Origin: Candidatus Latescibacterota bacterium
GTDB taxonomy: Bacteria; Latescibacterota; UBA2968; UBA8231
Direction: 5' to 3'
NCBI GenBank assembly: GCA_965242865.1
Contig: CBDETK010000013.1
Location: 4,032,001-4,096,000 of the forward strand
Length of the DNA stretch: 64,000 nucleotides
The notes beneath the pieces were generated by a model. The model saw nothing but the letters and a program-made list of their open reading frames with translations. It searched no databases and had not been told where the DNA came from. The position numbers were made by a program, and so were the translations under genes. Position 1 is the first letter of the stretch. Each line of letters opens with the position of its first letter. Of the stretch, positions 49,616-62,845 are shown piece by piece.

Positions 49616-50818
49616 ATGGAGCATACCGTGATTAAACCCCATGGCGCAGAAGAACTCAAGCCGCTCTATGTCGAAGACGACGCCGTGCGTACCCAACTTC
49701 TAGAAGAAGCCGCTAGCCTGCCCTCCATCGTCGTCTCTTCGGCCGCAGCGTCCTCGGCCGTCATGCTCGGCTCAGGGTACTTTACCCCGCTCACCGGCTT
49801 TATGGACGCGGGCGAGGCCAAGAGCGTAGCGGCCAATATGCACACGACCGACGGCCTGCTGTGGCCGACTCCGGTCATCAACCTCGTCCCCGGCGATCAG
49901 GTGCCCGCGGACCTCGCCCCCGGTAGCCGCAGCGCCCTGTTGGACCCCAATGTAGCAGGCAATCCCGCCCTTGCCATCCAAACAGTAACCGCGGTTGAAC
50001 CGCTCTCGGACGAGGAGCGCGCCGCCATCGTCGCCCAAGTCTTTGGCACGGACGACGAGGCGCACCCCGGGGTCGCCGCTTTTAAGGCCGCGGGCGACAC
50101 CCTCATTGCCGGGCCGATTGAGGTGCTCAACTTCTCGTACTTCCCCGGCGACTTTCCCCAGACCTTCCGCACCGCGGTTGAGTTGCGCGCCGAGATCGCC
50201 GAGCGCGGTTGGCATCGGGTCGTGGCCTTCCAGACCCGCAACCCCATGCACCGCGCCCACGAAGAGCTGTGTCGCATGGCGCAGCAGGCCGTTGAGGCCG
50301 ATGGGATCCTCATCCACATGTTGTTGGGCAAGCTCAAGGCCGGCGACATCCCAGCCAACGTGCGCGACGCGTCCATCCGCAAGATGGTCGAGTGCTACTT
50401 CCCAGAAAACACCGTGCTGATCGCCGGCTATGGCTTTGACATGCTCTACGCCGGCCCGCGCGAGGCCGTGCTCCACGCCATCTTTCGCCAGAACAGCGGC
50501 TGTACGCATCTGATCGTGGGGCGCGACCACGCGGGCGTGGGCGATTACTACGGAGCATTTGACGCACAGACCATTTTCGACGGCATCAACGACGCCCTTG
50601 AAATCGAAATTTTCCGCGGCGATCACACGGTCTGGTGCAAGGAGTGCAAGGAGGTGGTGATGATGCGCGACTGCCCGCACGCTGGCGACGCGTACCTGTT
50701 CCTGTCGGGAACCCAAGTCCGCGAAAAGCTGGCCGCGGGCGAGGCCCTGCCGCCGGAGTTTGCGCGGCCAGAAGTAGCCGAGATTCTCGCGGCGCACTAT
50801 CAGCGAGAAGCTGTTTAA
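49616..50818 (+). CDS. sat: Sulfate adenylyltransferase (ATP sulfurylase)
   Basis: VAFQTRNPMHRAHE, YAGPREA, IVGRDHAGVG, LSGT. Confidence 0.95.
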   Translation: MEHTVIKPHGAEELKPLYVEDDAVRTQLLEEAASLPSIVVSSAAASSAVMLGSGYFTPLTGFMDAGEAKSVAANMHTTDGLLWPTPVINLVPGDQVPADLAPGSRSALLDPNVAGNPALAIQTVTAVEPLSDEERAAIVAQVFGTDDEAHPGVAAFKAAGDTLIAGPIEVLNFSYFPGDFPQTFRTAVELRAEIAERGWHRVVAFQTRNPMHRAHEELCRMAQQAVEADGILIHMLLGKLKAGDIPANVRDASIRKMVECYFPENTVLIAGYGFDMLYAGPREAVLHAIFRQNSGCTHLIVGRDHAGVGDYYGAFDAQTIFDGINDALEIEIFRGDHTVWCKECKEVVMMRDCPHAGDAYLFLSGTQVREKLAAGEALPPEFARPEVAEILAAHYQREAV

Positions 50819-51061
50819 CCAGCAGGGGCCGATGGCTGCACCTACTGTATTGCGCGCGGCGATCCCCAAGCAGGCGGCGCTAAACATGGCCAACGCGGTC
50901 GAGATCCACCTGTGGCTATGCGACGACAAAAACATCCCCGAAAAAACCGCCTGCCGCGTCGCGGTGGAAAACATGTGGAAGTAGGACTGCCTATGGCAGC
51001 CCGCGTTGACGAGTCGGTAGTGAGAAGGACGCTAGATCGGGTGCTAGTTGAACCGCCGCGG

Positions 51062-52843
51062 CTAGCCCTGTACCGGCTGCAAGTTGAGCAACACCAACAG
51101 CCACACCCGGTGCCAATAGGCGCTGTTGATGTACGGGCTGTATTCCGAGGGCCAGTTGCGCCAGTAGGTTTGGTTGTGCGGAATGCGGTGATACCACTGT
51201 AAAATCGGGATCGACGGCAGCTCGGCGAGCCAGATTTCCATGGCTTGGCGGTACAATTGCACTAGCTGGGGATCGCGCGGCGCGACGGCCGCCATTTGAT
51301 CGACGATCCGGTCGAATTCCTCGTTCTGCCAGCGCCAGAAGTACTCGGCCGGCTGGCCGGTGGGCTGCACGAAGCGGCTGTGGTAGAGCCGCAGCGTAAA
51401 GTATGGGTCGCGCACGCTGCCGCCGTGCCCATTGATAAAGGCGCGGGCCGTGCCGTGCGACATGCGGGTATAGCTATCTGGGGTGTTGCGGAAGTCCGCG
51501 TTAAAACCCGCGCGCTCTAGTTGCGCGACTAGGACCGGCGTGATGTCTTGGAAAATCGGGAAGATGTTGATGACCATCTTGAATGGCTCGCCATCTTTGG
51601 TCCAATAGCCGCCTTCGGGCCGCTGCCAGCCCATTTTCTTCATCAGGGCCGCGCTCTTGGCCAAGTCAAAAACCCCGATCTCGTACTGCTCCAACAAATC
51701 TTCAACCTCGCTGAAGTACGGCCGGAGCGCGGGATACGCGGGAAAGGGCAAGAGCGTTGAGGTGCCCGCGCCCTGCCAGCCGACCTCCACGAGTTGGTCG
51801 CGGTCAATGGCAAAGTTGATCGCGCGGCGCACGTTCACGTCTGAAAAGGGGGCCTCTAGGTTGTTAAAGCCCAGCGAAATGGGCCAGAAGTCAATGTAGC
51901 CGTATGGCGGCGTGCGCCCGGTCCACGTGGTCACGCGGGGGTTGCGGTCGAGCACGGTCAGGATGTTGGGCGGTCGGAGATCCAGGGCGGTGTCTATGTC
52001 GTTGGCGATTAGACTCTGGACGCGCTTGGCTTCCTCCATATAAGGCAGGTAGATGATGCGCTCGACTTTGGGCAGGGATTGGAAGCCAATGGCCGCGGCC
52101 CACCACTCGGGACGCAAGTCCCATATCCGCTGCTGCGGCGTGGATAACACCAGCTTGTAAGGCCCGGAAGACACGGGCCAGCCCTTTTGCGGGTCGAAGT
52201 TTTCAAAGGTGTCAGGCACCTGCCCTTCCCACACGTGCTTGGGCACAATCGGCACCCCATTGCCGAAGTTGTGGGTGAAATACGAAAATACAAAGCGCGG
52301 GTTGGGCGCCGTCAGCGCAAGGCGCGCCGTCAGGCTATCGACCGCCACGGCCTCCTGAACCCAATTTTTTATGTCGGTCGAATAGGACAAAAGGGGCGCG
52401 TTGTCCTTGAGCATGTTGATCGTAAAGACCAAATCGTGCGCTGTCCACGGCATGCCGTCGCTCCACGTGACCCCCGGGCGAATGGCGATTTCCACTTCGG
52501 TATAGGCGTCGTTGAAGCGGTGCTTGGTGGCGATCCAAGGAATCAGCTTGCCGTCGAAGGCATTGTAAAAGTACAGCGGCTCAAAAACGAAATTGTACCC
52601 GGTGCGCGAAGTGGTTTCCACCAGATAGGGGTTGAACGAGTTATAGTCTTTGATTTGCCCGGCGCACGTGCTGTTGTCCGCGCAATCCATGATCAAGGTC
52701 CGGTTCCGCGGAACCTCCACAAACGCCGATTGCTCGGCGTCCGCTGGCTGGCTGGCCGAGTCCGAAGGCTCTTGGTCGGAGGGGCTGTCGCCGCAGCCGC
52801 TGAGCAGCCACGCGCTGATCAATGTGCAAATGCTGCGTTTCAT
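51062..52843 (-). CDS. Family 5 ABC solute-binding lipoprotein
   Basis: Lipobox LSGC; FEPLYFYN, IRPGVTWSDG.PWTAHD.VFT, VRRAINFAIDR. Confidence 0.88.
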   Translation of the reverse strand: MKRSICTLISAWLLSGCGDSPSDQEPSDSASQPADAEQSAFVEVPRNRTLIMDCADNSTCAGQIKDYNSFNPYLVETTSRTGYNFVFEPLYFYNAFDGKLIPWIATKHRFNDAYTEVEIAIRPGVTWSDGMPWTAHDLVFTINMLKDNAPLLSYSTDIKNWVQEAVAVDSLTARLALTAPNPRFVFSYFTHNFGNGVPIVPKHVWEGQVPDTFENFDPQKGWPVSSGPYKLVLSTPQQRIWDLRPEWWAAAIGFQSLPKVERIIYLPYMEEAKRVQSLIANDIDTALDLRPPNILTVLDRNPRVTTWTGRTPPYGYIDFWPISLGFNNLEAPFSDVNVRRAINFAIDRDQLVEVGWQGAGTSTLLPFPAYPALRPYFSEVEDLLEQYEIGVFDLAKSAALMKKMGWQRPEGGYWTKDGEPFKMVINIFPIFQDITPVLVAQLERAGFNADFRNTPDSYTRMSHGTARAFINGHGGSVRDPYFTLRLYHSRFVQPTGQPAEYFWRWQNEEFDRIVDQMAAVAPRDPQLVQLYRQAMEIWLAELPSIPILQWYHRIPHNQTYWRNWPSEYSPYINSAYWHRVWLLVLLNLQPVQG

Positions 52844-53033
52844 AGGAGACCTCGCATCGATTTTGGGTGAGAGGATACCGACCGCGCCGATTGAGCGCGA
52901 TCAAATCGCCTCATGTTGGCCGCCAAAACGTATCAACATGTGTTGCAAGGGTCAACTAGCTTGAGCGAAGCCGCCCCCCCGCCTATACTACCCTTCATCC
53001 AATTCCAATGCTATTAACCTCCCGGAAAAGACC

Positions 53034-54644
53034 ATGTACGATCTCCTGATCCGCAACGCCGCGCTCCTCGATGGCAGTGGCCGGCCGGCCTTCCGCGGCG
53101 ATCTCGCCGTTGAGCAGGGCCGCATCGTGGCCATTGGCGACCTTGCCGTGGCCACGGCCCAACACGTCCTCAGCGCCGAGGGCCGCATCGCCTGCCCCGG
53201 CTTTATCGACATCCACACGCATTCGGACCTGACTATCGCGCTCGACGGCCGCGCCCTCAGCTCCTTAGCGCAGGGCATTACGACCCAAGTCATGGGCAAC
53301 TGCGGCGTCTCGGCCGCACCCACCCGCGACTACGAGCCGTACTACGGCCCGCTCGACCCGGCGATGACCCGGGGCTTGGAGTGCGACTGGACTCACTTCG
53401 GTGCCTATTTCCAGCGGCTTGAAGCCAGTGGGTTGGGCACGAATGCCGCGACCTTGGTCGGCCACGGCAATGTGCGCGTCGCCGCCATGGGCTACGACGA
53501 CCGGCCGCCGACTGCGGCTGAAATGGAGCAAATGAAGGCGCTGGTCGCCCGCGCCATGGAAGATGGCGCGATGGGGCTTTCGTCGGGCTTGGCCTACGCG
53601 CCCGGGCCGTATTCGACGCTCGAAGAACTGGTCGAATTGGGGAAGGTCGTCTCGGAATACGGCGGCATCTACACCTCGCACATCCGCAACCAAACCGAGT
53701 CGATTGCCCAAGCGGTCGGCGAGGTCATTGCCGTCGGGGAGCAAGCCGCGGTCGCAGCCCACGTCTCGCACATGCAGCCCGGTGCGCCGATGATCGGCGC
53801 GACCCGCGAGCTGCTCGCCGCGATGGATCAGAAGCGCCGGGCGGGCTGCGACCTTAGCTGCGACGCCATTCCCTATACAATCGGCAGCACCACCCTCAAG
53901 TCGCTGCTGCCCCCTTGGGCCTTAGCCGGCGGCGACGCGGCCCTGCTGAGCCGGCTTCAAGACCCGGCGGTCCGCGCCAAAATTGAACAGGACACCATGC
54001 AGCACGGGGCCGAGAGCGGCGGCAGCCGCAAGCGCAACTTGGCGCGGGCTGGGCAATGGGACAAAATTTGGCTGGGCAGTGCCGAGCGCAACGCCGACCT
54101 AGTCGGCCTGAGCTTTGCCGAGATCGGTCGGCGGCGCGGTCAGCCTCCTCACGACGCAGTCTGCGACCTGCTCGTCGAAGAAGGGGCACGGCCGTGGATG
54201 CTGGCCGAGGACGTGTCCGAAGAAGACTTCCTCAACATCGCTCGGCACCCGGCCGGCGGCGTCATCTCCGATGGCTTCTCGCTGGTGCCCGAAGGAACGC
54301 TGGCCGAGGGCAAGCACCATCCCCGGTCTTATGGGGCCTTCCCTTACTTCTTGCGTCGCTTCGTCCGCGAGCAAGGCGCGCTGCGCTGGGAAGCGGCCAT
54401 CCACAAGCTCACGGGCCATCCCGCCGCCCGCTTCCGCTTGCGCGAGCGCGGCCTCTTGCGCGAAGGCTACTGGGCCGACCTCGTGGTTTTCGATCCCCAA
54501 GCCATCGGCGAGTGCGCCGACTTTGCCGATCCCTACCGCTATCCGCAGGGCATTGACTGCGTAATCGTCAACGGACGAATCGCCATTGAACAAGGCGAAA
54601 TAGCCGACAGCCGCGCCGGCCAGATCGTCCGGGCCGCGCCTTGA
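53034..54644 (+). CDS. N-acyl-D-amino-acid deacylase (D-aminoacylase family)
   Basis: PGFIDIHTHSD, GNCG, GLSSGLAYAPG, HPRSYGAFP, RGLLREGYWAD. Confidence 0.9.
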   Translation: MYDLLIRNAALLDGSGRPAFRGDLAVEQGRIVAIGDLAVATAQHVLSAEGRIACPGFIDIHTHSDLTIALDGRALSSLAQGITTQVMGNCGVSAAPTRDYEPYYGPLDPAMTRGLECDWTHFGAYFQRLEASGLGTNAATLVGHGNVRVAAMGYDDRPPTAAEMEQMKALVARAMEDGAMGLSSGLAYAPGPYSTLEELVELGKVVSEYGGIYTSHIRNQTESIAQAVGEVIAVGEQAAVAAHVSHMQPGAPMIGATRELLAAMDQKRRAGCDLSCDAIPYTIGSTTLKSLLPPWALAGGDAALLSRLQDPAVRAKIEQDTMQHGAESGGSRKRNLARAGQWDKIWLGSAERNADLVGLSFAEIGRRRGQPPHDAVCDLLVEEGARPWMLAEDVSEEDFLNIARHPAGGVISDGFSLVPEGTLAEGKHHPRSYGAFPYFLRRFVREQGALRWEAAIHKLTGHPAARFRLRERGLLREGYWADLVVFDPQAIGECADFADPYRYPQGIDCVIVNGRIAIEQGEIADSRAGQIVRAAP

Positions 54645-54750
54645 GTTGCGCTTCACAAGAAGGAAAAGACCTGCGGGAACCCCTTCGTGTCTGTCTCTCC
54701 ACTTGTGCATGTATGTGAAAGAAATGGGGACCGGGGTGCCAGTAGTCGCT

Positions 54751-56316
54751 TCACGTACTCTCCACCTCAAAGGCGGCTACGGAGCGGGTCTCTCGGCTGA
54801 ACTCCACTCCAATCAGGAAGATCTCCTCGCCGCGCCCGCGATACTTGGCCGCATAGTCCCGCTCCTTCAATTGCTGGATCGCCGCCCCCGCCGACGCCTG
54901 CTCCATCACCTTGAACTCGAACAGGTACACGTTTCCATTGAACTCCACCGCCATGTCGAGGCGTCCCTCCCGGCTGCTGTCCTCCACCGTGATCGACAGC
55001 CCCAACGACGCAAAGTAGGAATAGAAGACGCTGGCGTAATAGCCCTCGTAGTGGGCGATCTCATTATTCGTATGCCACTGATAGGGAATGCTGGCAAAGA
55101 ACGCCTCGAACAGCGTTTCCAAGCCGTCAAAGTCGTTGACCAGCAGCAGGTCGTACAACCGCGCATTGTGCTCAACTTGGCGCGACGGGTTGCCCGTCAG
55201 GTGACTCAGCAAGCTATCGTTCAGGCTTTGCTGCACCTCCCGGTTGGGGTAGCCCAGCCGGTAGTACATCCGCCCGCCGCGCAACTCGGCGCACCGAATG
55301 GTCAGGTAGCCGGTCTGGAACAACAACGCCTCGGTCGCAATGTGGTCCACGTCAAACGCCGACAGCAATCCCTCGCTGCTGAGCAGGCCATCCAACGACA
55401 AGGCACTGACTCCTCGTTCCAACAACATCTCCAGCAGAAACGTCGGCGTACCCGTCTCAAACCAGTAGGCCCCGAATCGACGGTTGTAGAACAGTAGCAA
55501 CACGTCAAAGGGGTTGTACACGGCTTCCTCGCCGAGCCAGTTGTAGCCGTTGTACCACGTGCGTATTTCATCTCGGTCCAGGCCGGGCAGTTCTGAGGCG
55601 AACACCGCGTCCAAGTCCGACTCGGTGTAGCCGCAAATGGCCGAGTAGTGCGGGTTTAGGGTGATGTCGATGAGGTTGTTGAGGCCGGAAAACAGGCTGA
55701 CCTTGGAGAATTTGCTCACTCCAGTGAGGAAGGTAAACGCGATGTGTGCGTCGCAGTCCTTAATGGTCGCGTACAAGTTGCGCAAGTAGTCGCGGTTGGC
55801 GCGAGCGACTTCTGGTTCCTCCAGCGCGTCTAGAATGGGCTTGTCGTACTCGTCAATTAGCACCGCCACCGGCTGGCCAGTCTGTTGATGCAGCGTCCGA
55901 AGCAAATGCCGGAAGTAAGCCGGGGCAGTGTCGCAGCTGTCCACTTTCTCCATCGTGCCTAACTGGGCCATCGCTTCCTTGTGCAGATTGCCCGGCTCCT
56001 TGAAATGGCCGCTGCCAAAGCTCAGCCGCAGCACCGGATGGCGCACCGACCAATCCCACTGCGGATAAATGGCCAGCCCCTTAAATAAAGGCTCGTTGCC
56101 CTCGAACAGTTCCTTGAGCGTATCGAGAAACAGGCTCTTGCCAAACCGACGGGGGCGCGACAGAAAGTAGTGCTTGCCTTCGGCGACTAGCCGCGCCATG
56201 TAAGCGGTCTTATCGACGTAATAGCAATTTTCTTCCCGAATCGTGCGAAAGGTCTGAATGCCGATGGGCAGTTTGCGCTTGGCGGTCCGGGACGAACCGG
56301 GTTTTACCTTTAGCAT
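54751..56316 (-). CDS. AAA-ATPase-like + PD-(D/E)XK nuclease (DUF1703-type) protein
   Basis: LPIGIQTF, YYVDKT, RPRRFGKSL, LIDEYDKP, YNPFDV, GRLDM..YLFEFK. Confidence 0.9.
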   Translation of the reverse strand: MLKVKPGSSRTAKRKLPIGIQTFRTIREENCYYVDKTAYMARLVAEGKHYFLSRPRRFGKSLFLDTLKELFEGNEPLFKGLAIYPQWDWSVRHPVLRLSFGSGHFKEPGNLHKEAMAQLGTMEKVDSCDTAPAYFRHLLRTLHQQTGQPVAVLIDEYDKPILDALEEPEVARANRDYLRNLYATIKDCDAHIAFTFLTGVSKFSKVSLFSGLNNLIDITLNPHYSAICGYTESDLDAVFASELPGLDRDEIRTWYNGYNWLGEEAVYNPFDVLLLFYNRRFGAYWFETGTPTFLLEMLLERGVSALSLDGLLSSEGLLSAFDVDHIATEALLFQTGYLTIRCAELRGGRMYYRLGYPNREVQQSLNDSLLSHLTGNPSRQVEHNARLYDLLLVNDFDGLETLFEAFFASIPYQWHTNNEIAHYEGYYASVFYSYFASLGLSITVEDSSREGRLDMAVEFNGNVYLFEFKVMEQASAGAAIQQLKERDYAAKYRGRGEEIFLIGVEFSRETRSVAAFEVEST

Positions 56317-56659
56317 GGTCTTGCTCCACATCCCGGCCAGCGGATAAAGTGCCGGGGACGTATGGGACTTACAGCCGACAAGATAGACTACCAGACCTAC
56401 CCGTGCAAAGCGATGCGATGCGCTTCGTTGAGGCGAAGTGAGCCGCTCGGTGGCAATAGATCAATCGGTGCTATCGCCGCCGAGCCGGGAGCCGAGGTTG
56501 TTGTTCAGCAACACGCGCTAGGCAGGGGTGTTGGAACCTGTGAGATGGAGGCATGGCCCGACGCCCTTACAAGTCCTTCTATGTGGTAAAAGAGAACTTA
56601 CCTAAGAGGTGCGACAGATCACGTCGCAGGCAGAATTTTTCTGAAGGGATCGATTCTGC

Positions 56660-56737
56660 CAAGGGCGACTAGCTGACCGCGAATATCTGGAGCCGACAGA
56701 GCCGGTAGCTGAAGAGGACTGGGAACTGTTGAAGTGA
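56660..56737 (+). pseudogene. Possible antitoxin 3' remnant
   Basis: Frame reads ..EYLEPTEPVAEEDWELLK* with an overlapping GTG-ATT-TTG, resembling antitoxin/PIN-toxin junctions; no intact ORF. Confidence 0.3.
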
Positions 56738-56772
56738 TTTTGGCTAGATTGGGCACCTCTCACGCTTCGCCT

Positions 56773-57258
56773 TCATCCTGTATAACGCGCATGTATAACC
56801 ATGTATAACTGGTCGCTCACGTGGAACCCGGCGATGTCGCGCAAACGGTTTAGATGTCCTTTTACCGAATCTATGCAGCCCTTGCTCTTGGCCTCGATCA
56901 GTACTCCGACTAGCCCTGTATAGCGCAAGCCCAGATGTAGGGCTGTTTGTCGGCCTCGATGTTCGTCAAGCAAAAGTAATTCCGCCTCTGTTTCCAAAGC
57001 TAGGGCAATGGCTTCGGCTTCTCCTGAGCCTAAGTTTTCCTGTAGTACCCGAATCAAATGCTTGTTAGAAACGGTCCGCGTTTTAATCCAAGCCGCTTTT
57101 CTGACTTCGTTGGCGGCCGGCAATTCTGCGCCTTCTACGACAACTTCATGCTCTACAGCTTCTGGGATGACGAGTTCTCGGTAGAGTTGGTGTAGAAGTT
57201 CTAGTTCGCCTATCCGGGCCAAGCCGATGAGTGGAGAAGCGTTGCTCACCACACTCAC
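56773..57258 (-). CDS. DUF3368 PIN-domain putative toxin
   Basis: VVSNASPLI.L, IPEAV..E, LGSGEAEAIALA, LLLDE..GR, TGLVGVL. Confidence 0.85.
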   Translation of the reverse strand: MSVVSNASPLIGLARIGELELLHQLYRELVIPEAVEHEVVVEGAELPAANEVRKAAWIKTRTVSNKHLIRVLQENLGSGEAEAIALALETEAELLLLDEHRGRQTALHLGLRYTGLVGVLIEAKSKGCIDSVKGHLNRLRDIAGFHVSDQLYMVIHARYTG

Positions 57259-58016
57259 AGACGACCAAGCTCCTTTAAGGTCGCCCGATCTTCCTCGTAA
57301 TCCTCCACGTCATAGTGGACAGGGATATTTCTGCTCCCGAGCATGAACTGGAAATCCCATGTGCGCATGTCGGCCATTTCTCGCGCTTTGCCGAAAGACA
57401 ACTTGCCTTGCTGAAACAGATAGACTGCTAGCTCTCGCTTCAATTCCTCTGGTGTCATATGCGTTGTATTGAGTACTTCACGCTGTATTTCTATGGGTAC
57501 AGTGGAAGGCATTATCTTGTAAGAGAAAAATTTAAGTGCGTCTGGCCAAAGCAATGCACCGTTGACCCCGCCAACACTTCCCCAATTCCATGTCCCGGAA
57601 CCTGTTCCACCTTGTAAATATAAAAACTCATGTACCTGCTCTCTATCACCGTTATGGATAAAGCTTTTCTTGAAATTTTTGGGATTAGGGACTTTATAAT
57701 CTACAAAAAGGATTTCTAGCCTGAGAGCGACAGGAGTCCAAGCATAATAGGAAAATCCCCAGACATCTTTCAATTCATAGAGTGATACATTGTTTGTCTC
57801 ACTTGGCTTTAGGTCAATTACGATAGTGTGCTGATCGGGCGATTTATTAGCTGCATTAAGCAAATCGGCAGCACTCAAATGCCACCCCCATTGCTCTTGC
57901 CCATTTAAGTGATCCTTTAAGGATCTAAAGATGAGGCCATTTTTATGACCTGCAATATGGATGTTCTGTAGATATGTATATTTATGGATGTTTTTTTTGT
58001 ATAGACGTAATGCCAT
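57255..58016 (-). CDS. UPF0175 antitoxin (57255-57512) in frame with an AT-rich unknown N-terminal domain
   Basis: C-terminal ELAVYLFQQGKLSFGKAREMA..HYDVEDYEED; AAAGGAG RBS before ATG 58016; no stop between the two parts. Confidence 0.7.
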   Translation of the reverse strand: MALRLYKKNIHKYTYLQNIHIAGHKNGLIFRSLKDHLNGQEQWGWHLSAADLLNAANKSPDQHTIVIDLKPSETNNVSLYELKDVWGFSYYAWTPVALRLEILFVDYKVPNPKNFKKSFIHNGDREQVHEFLYLQGGTGSGTWNWGSVGGVNGALLWPDALKFFSYKIMPSTVPIEIQREVLNTTHMTPEELKRELAVYLFQQGKLSFGKAREMADMRTWDFQFMLGSRNIPVHYDVEDYEEDRATLKELGRL

Positions 58017-58118
58017 TTTAATATCTCCTTTAACGTGAGTTCGGGAATGATCCATGCGAAGACACTAGACGCCCCTTGATGCAGCCCGACGATAGTTATG
58101 AAACCGCTTCACCCGGAT

Positions 58119-58260
58119 TTAGAATAGATATCCAATTCCTAAAGTGAATTCATTGGAACCCACGGTAGTAGCCTCTCCTTCTGCCCCAAAGACTTCGGCG
58201 ATGTCGAGGGCGTTGTCTTGAGACCAAGAGACGCCGTGCCGAATAAAGGCTATTTTATTC
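58119..58260 (-). pseudogene. Possible fragment of an outer-membrane beta-barrel gene
   Basis: Ends ..NEFTLGIGYLF*, a beta-signal-like terminus; no credible N-terminus. Confidence 0.3.
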
Positions 58261-58442
58261 AACAGATAACCCGACGTGGCGCGGGTACTCTGTTTTGATG
58301 AAGGCAGAAGCAAAAATGTGTAAACCATTTTTAATGTCAAGAGTTTCTTGTCTCGTAACTAAAAAAAAGCTACCTGTTCTCAAAAGCAGACAGATCAGAA
58401 AAACCGCCTTTTGGACAAGCGCGAGCTAGCCCCTGCACCGCC

Positions 58443-58471
58443 TTGACAGCTATACTTATGTTCAGTATATT
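58443..58471 (+). promoter_or_regulatory. Sigma70 promoter with an overlapping palindromic operator
   Basis: TTGACA-17 bp-TATATT; TATACT-N7-AGTATA at 58451-58469. Confidence 0.65.
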
Positions 58472-58510
58472 TTGTGCCGCGTACACGTTGATTTCCGCAC
58501 GGGAACCGCC

Positions 58511-59437
58511 ATGCAGGTCGTCCAAAAACGCTATCGCCGGGCACTTGACGCCTTGACCCAAAAGCTCCAGCAAGACCGCACGGTCTTGGCCGCCATCGTC
58601 TATGGCTCCTACTCGTACGATCAAGTTTGGGAGAAATCCGACATTGACTTGTGGATCGTCATGGCCGACGACCCCAAGGTGCGGCACTACAAGGACCACT
58701 GCCTCACCGAGGAAGGCGTCATCATCCACGCCAACCTCATCCCGCGAAAGCGGTTCCAACTAAACATAGAAGGCTCGCGTCAAGGCGGTTGGCTCGACTT
58801 TACCTTCGCGCACAGCAAACTCCTGTTCTCCAAAGACGAGTCCATTGCCGCGTGGTACAGAGACGCCGAGCGCATCGGCGCACGCGACCGCGACTACCAG
58901 TTGCTGCGGCGCGCCCTCCCGCTGTTGGCCACCTTGAACAAAGCCCAGAAGTGGTATCAGGTGAAGAAGGACTACGATTACAGCTTCCTGTGGCTGCTCA
59001 ATGTGGCCGACCAACTCGCCAGCGTCGAGTGCATCCTCAACGGCCAAGCCCCGGGCCGCGAGGTCATTCACCAAGCCCTCGCCTTTAACCCCGAGTTCTT
59101 CAACGCCATCTACACGGAGCTCATCGCCGCTCCCAAAAACGCCCGCACCCTCGCGGCAGCCCTCCAGCGCGTAGAGACTTACCTCGACGACCGCCTCTGG
59201 GACCTGTTCCGGCCCCTACTTGGCTATTTGGAGGAGGCCGAGGCCCTGCGCACCGTGTCGGAAATAGAGGAGCACTTCAAGCTGGAAGGCGCGGACTTTG
59301 CCTGCGAGTGGTTGGTTGAAAAGGGCTTGTTGCAAAAGATGTCGGCGCCGTTGCGCCTCACCGAAAAGAGCCGCACCGAGCTACAGGAAGCGGCCTATCA
59401 CTACGATGGCAACGGGTCCGATTGGGGCCTGCACTAG
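58511..59437 (+). CDS. Nucleotidyltransferase-domain protein
   Basis: YGS...SDIDL Pol-beta-superfamily motif followed by a helical domain. Confidence 0.75.
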   Translation: MQVVQKRYRRALDALTQKLQQDRTVLAAIVYGSYSYDQVWEKSDIDLWIVMADDPKVRHYKDHCLTEEGVIIHANLIPRKRFQLNIEGSRQGGWLDFTFAHSKLLFSKDESIAAWYRDAERIGARDRDYQLLRRALPLLATLNKAQKWYQVKKDYDYSFLWLLNVADQLASVECILNGQAPGREVIHQALAFNPEFFNAIYTELIAAPKNARTLAAALQRVETYLDDRLWDLFRPLLGYLEEAEALRTVSEIEEHFKLEGADFACEWLVEKGLLQKMSAPLRLTEKSRTELQEAAYHYDGNGSDWGLH

Positions 59438-59447
59438 CGAGGGTACT

Positions 59448-62321
<2,874 letters not shown>

Positions 62322-62329
62322 GCTCCGGC

Positions 62330-62845
62330 TCAAGTTTCAGACAATCGCGGCATCAGATCGACGAGGTTGCAGGGCTGGTTGGTGGAGTCTAGCTGCGGCC
62401 CGATGAGCTTATCCCAGCCGGTGGCACACGCCCCGGACGAGCCGGGCAGGCAGAAGATGTACGTGCCATTGGCCACGCCGGCCACACAGCGCGACTGCAA
62501 GGTCGCGGTGCCGATCTCCTCGTAGGAAAGCACGCGAAAAACCTCGCCAAACCCCTCGATTTCCTTGTCGAAGAGTACGCTGACGGCCTCGGGCGTGCCA
62601 TCGCGGCCGGTGAGGCCGGTGCCGCCGGTGGTGATGATGGCTTGGACGCGGGGCGCGGCGATCCACTGCGAGACTTGGGCGCGGAGCTGATAGATGTCGT
62701 CGGGCAGGATTTGCTTTTCGTGCAGGATGTGGCCAGCCGCTTCGAGGTGCTCGACTAGCAGCGTACCGGACTTGTCGGTTGCTTCGTCGCGGGTGTCGGA
62801 GACCGTGAGCACGGCGATGCACACGGGGATGCGGTCTTGGGTCAT
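62330..62845 (-). CDS. moaB: Molybdenum cofactor biosynthesis protein B
   Basis: IAVLTVSDTR..DKSG, TTGGTG..RDGTPEA, LPGS, PCN. Confidence 0.9.
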   Translation of the reverse strand: MTQDRIPVCIAVLTVSDTRDEATDKSGTLLVEHLEAAGHILHEKQILPDDIYQLRAQVSQWIAAPRVQAIITTGGTGLTGRDGTPEAVSVLFDKEIEGFGEVFRVLSYEEIGTATLQSRCVAGVANGTYIFCLPGSSGACATGWDKLIGPQLDSTNQPCNLVDLMPRLSET

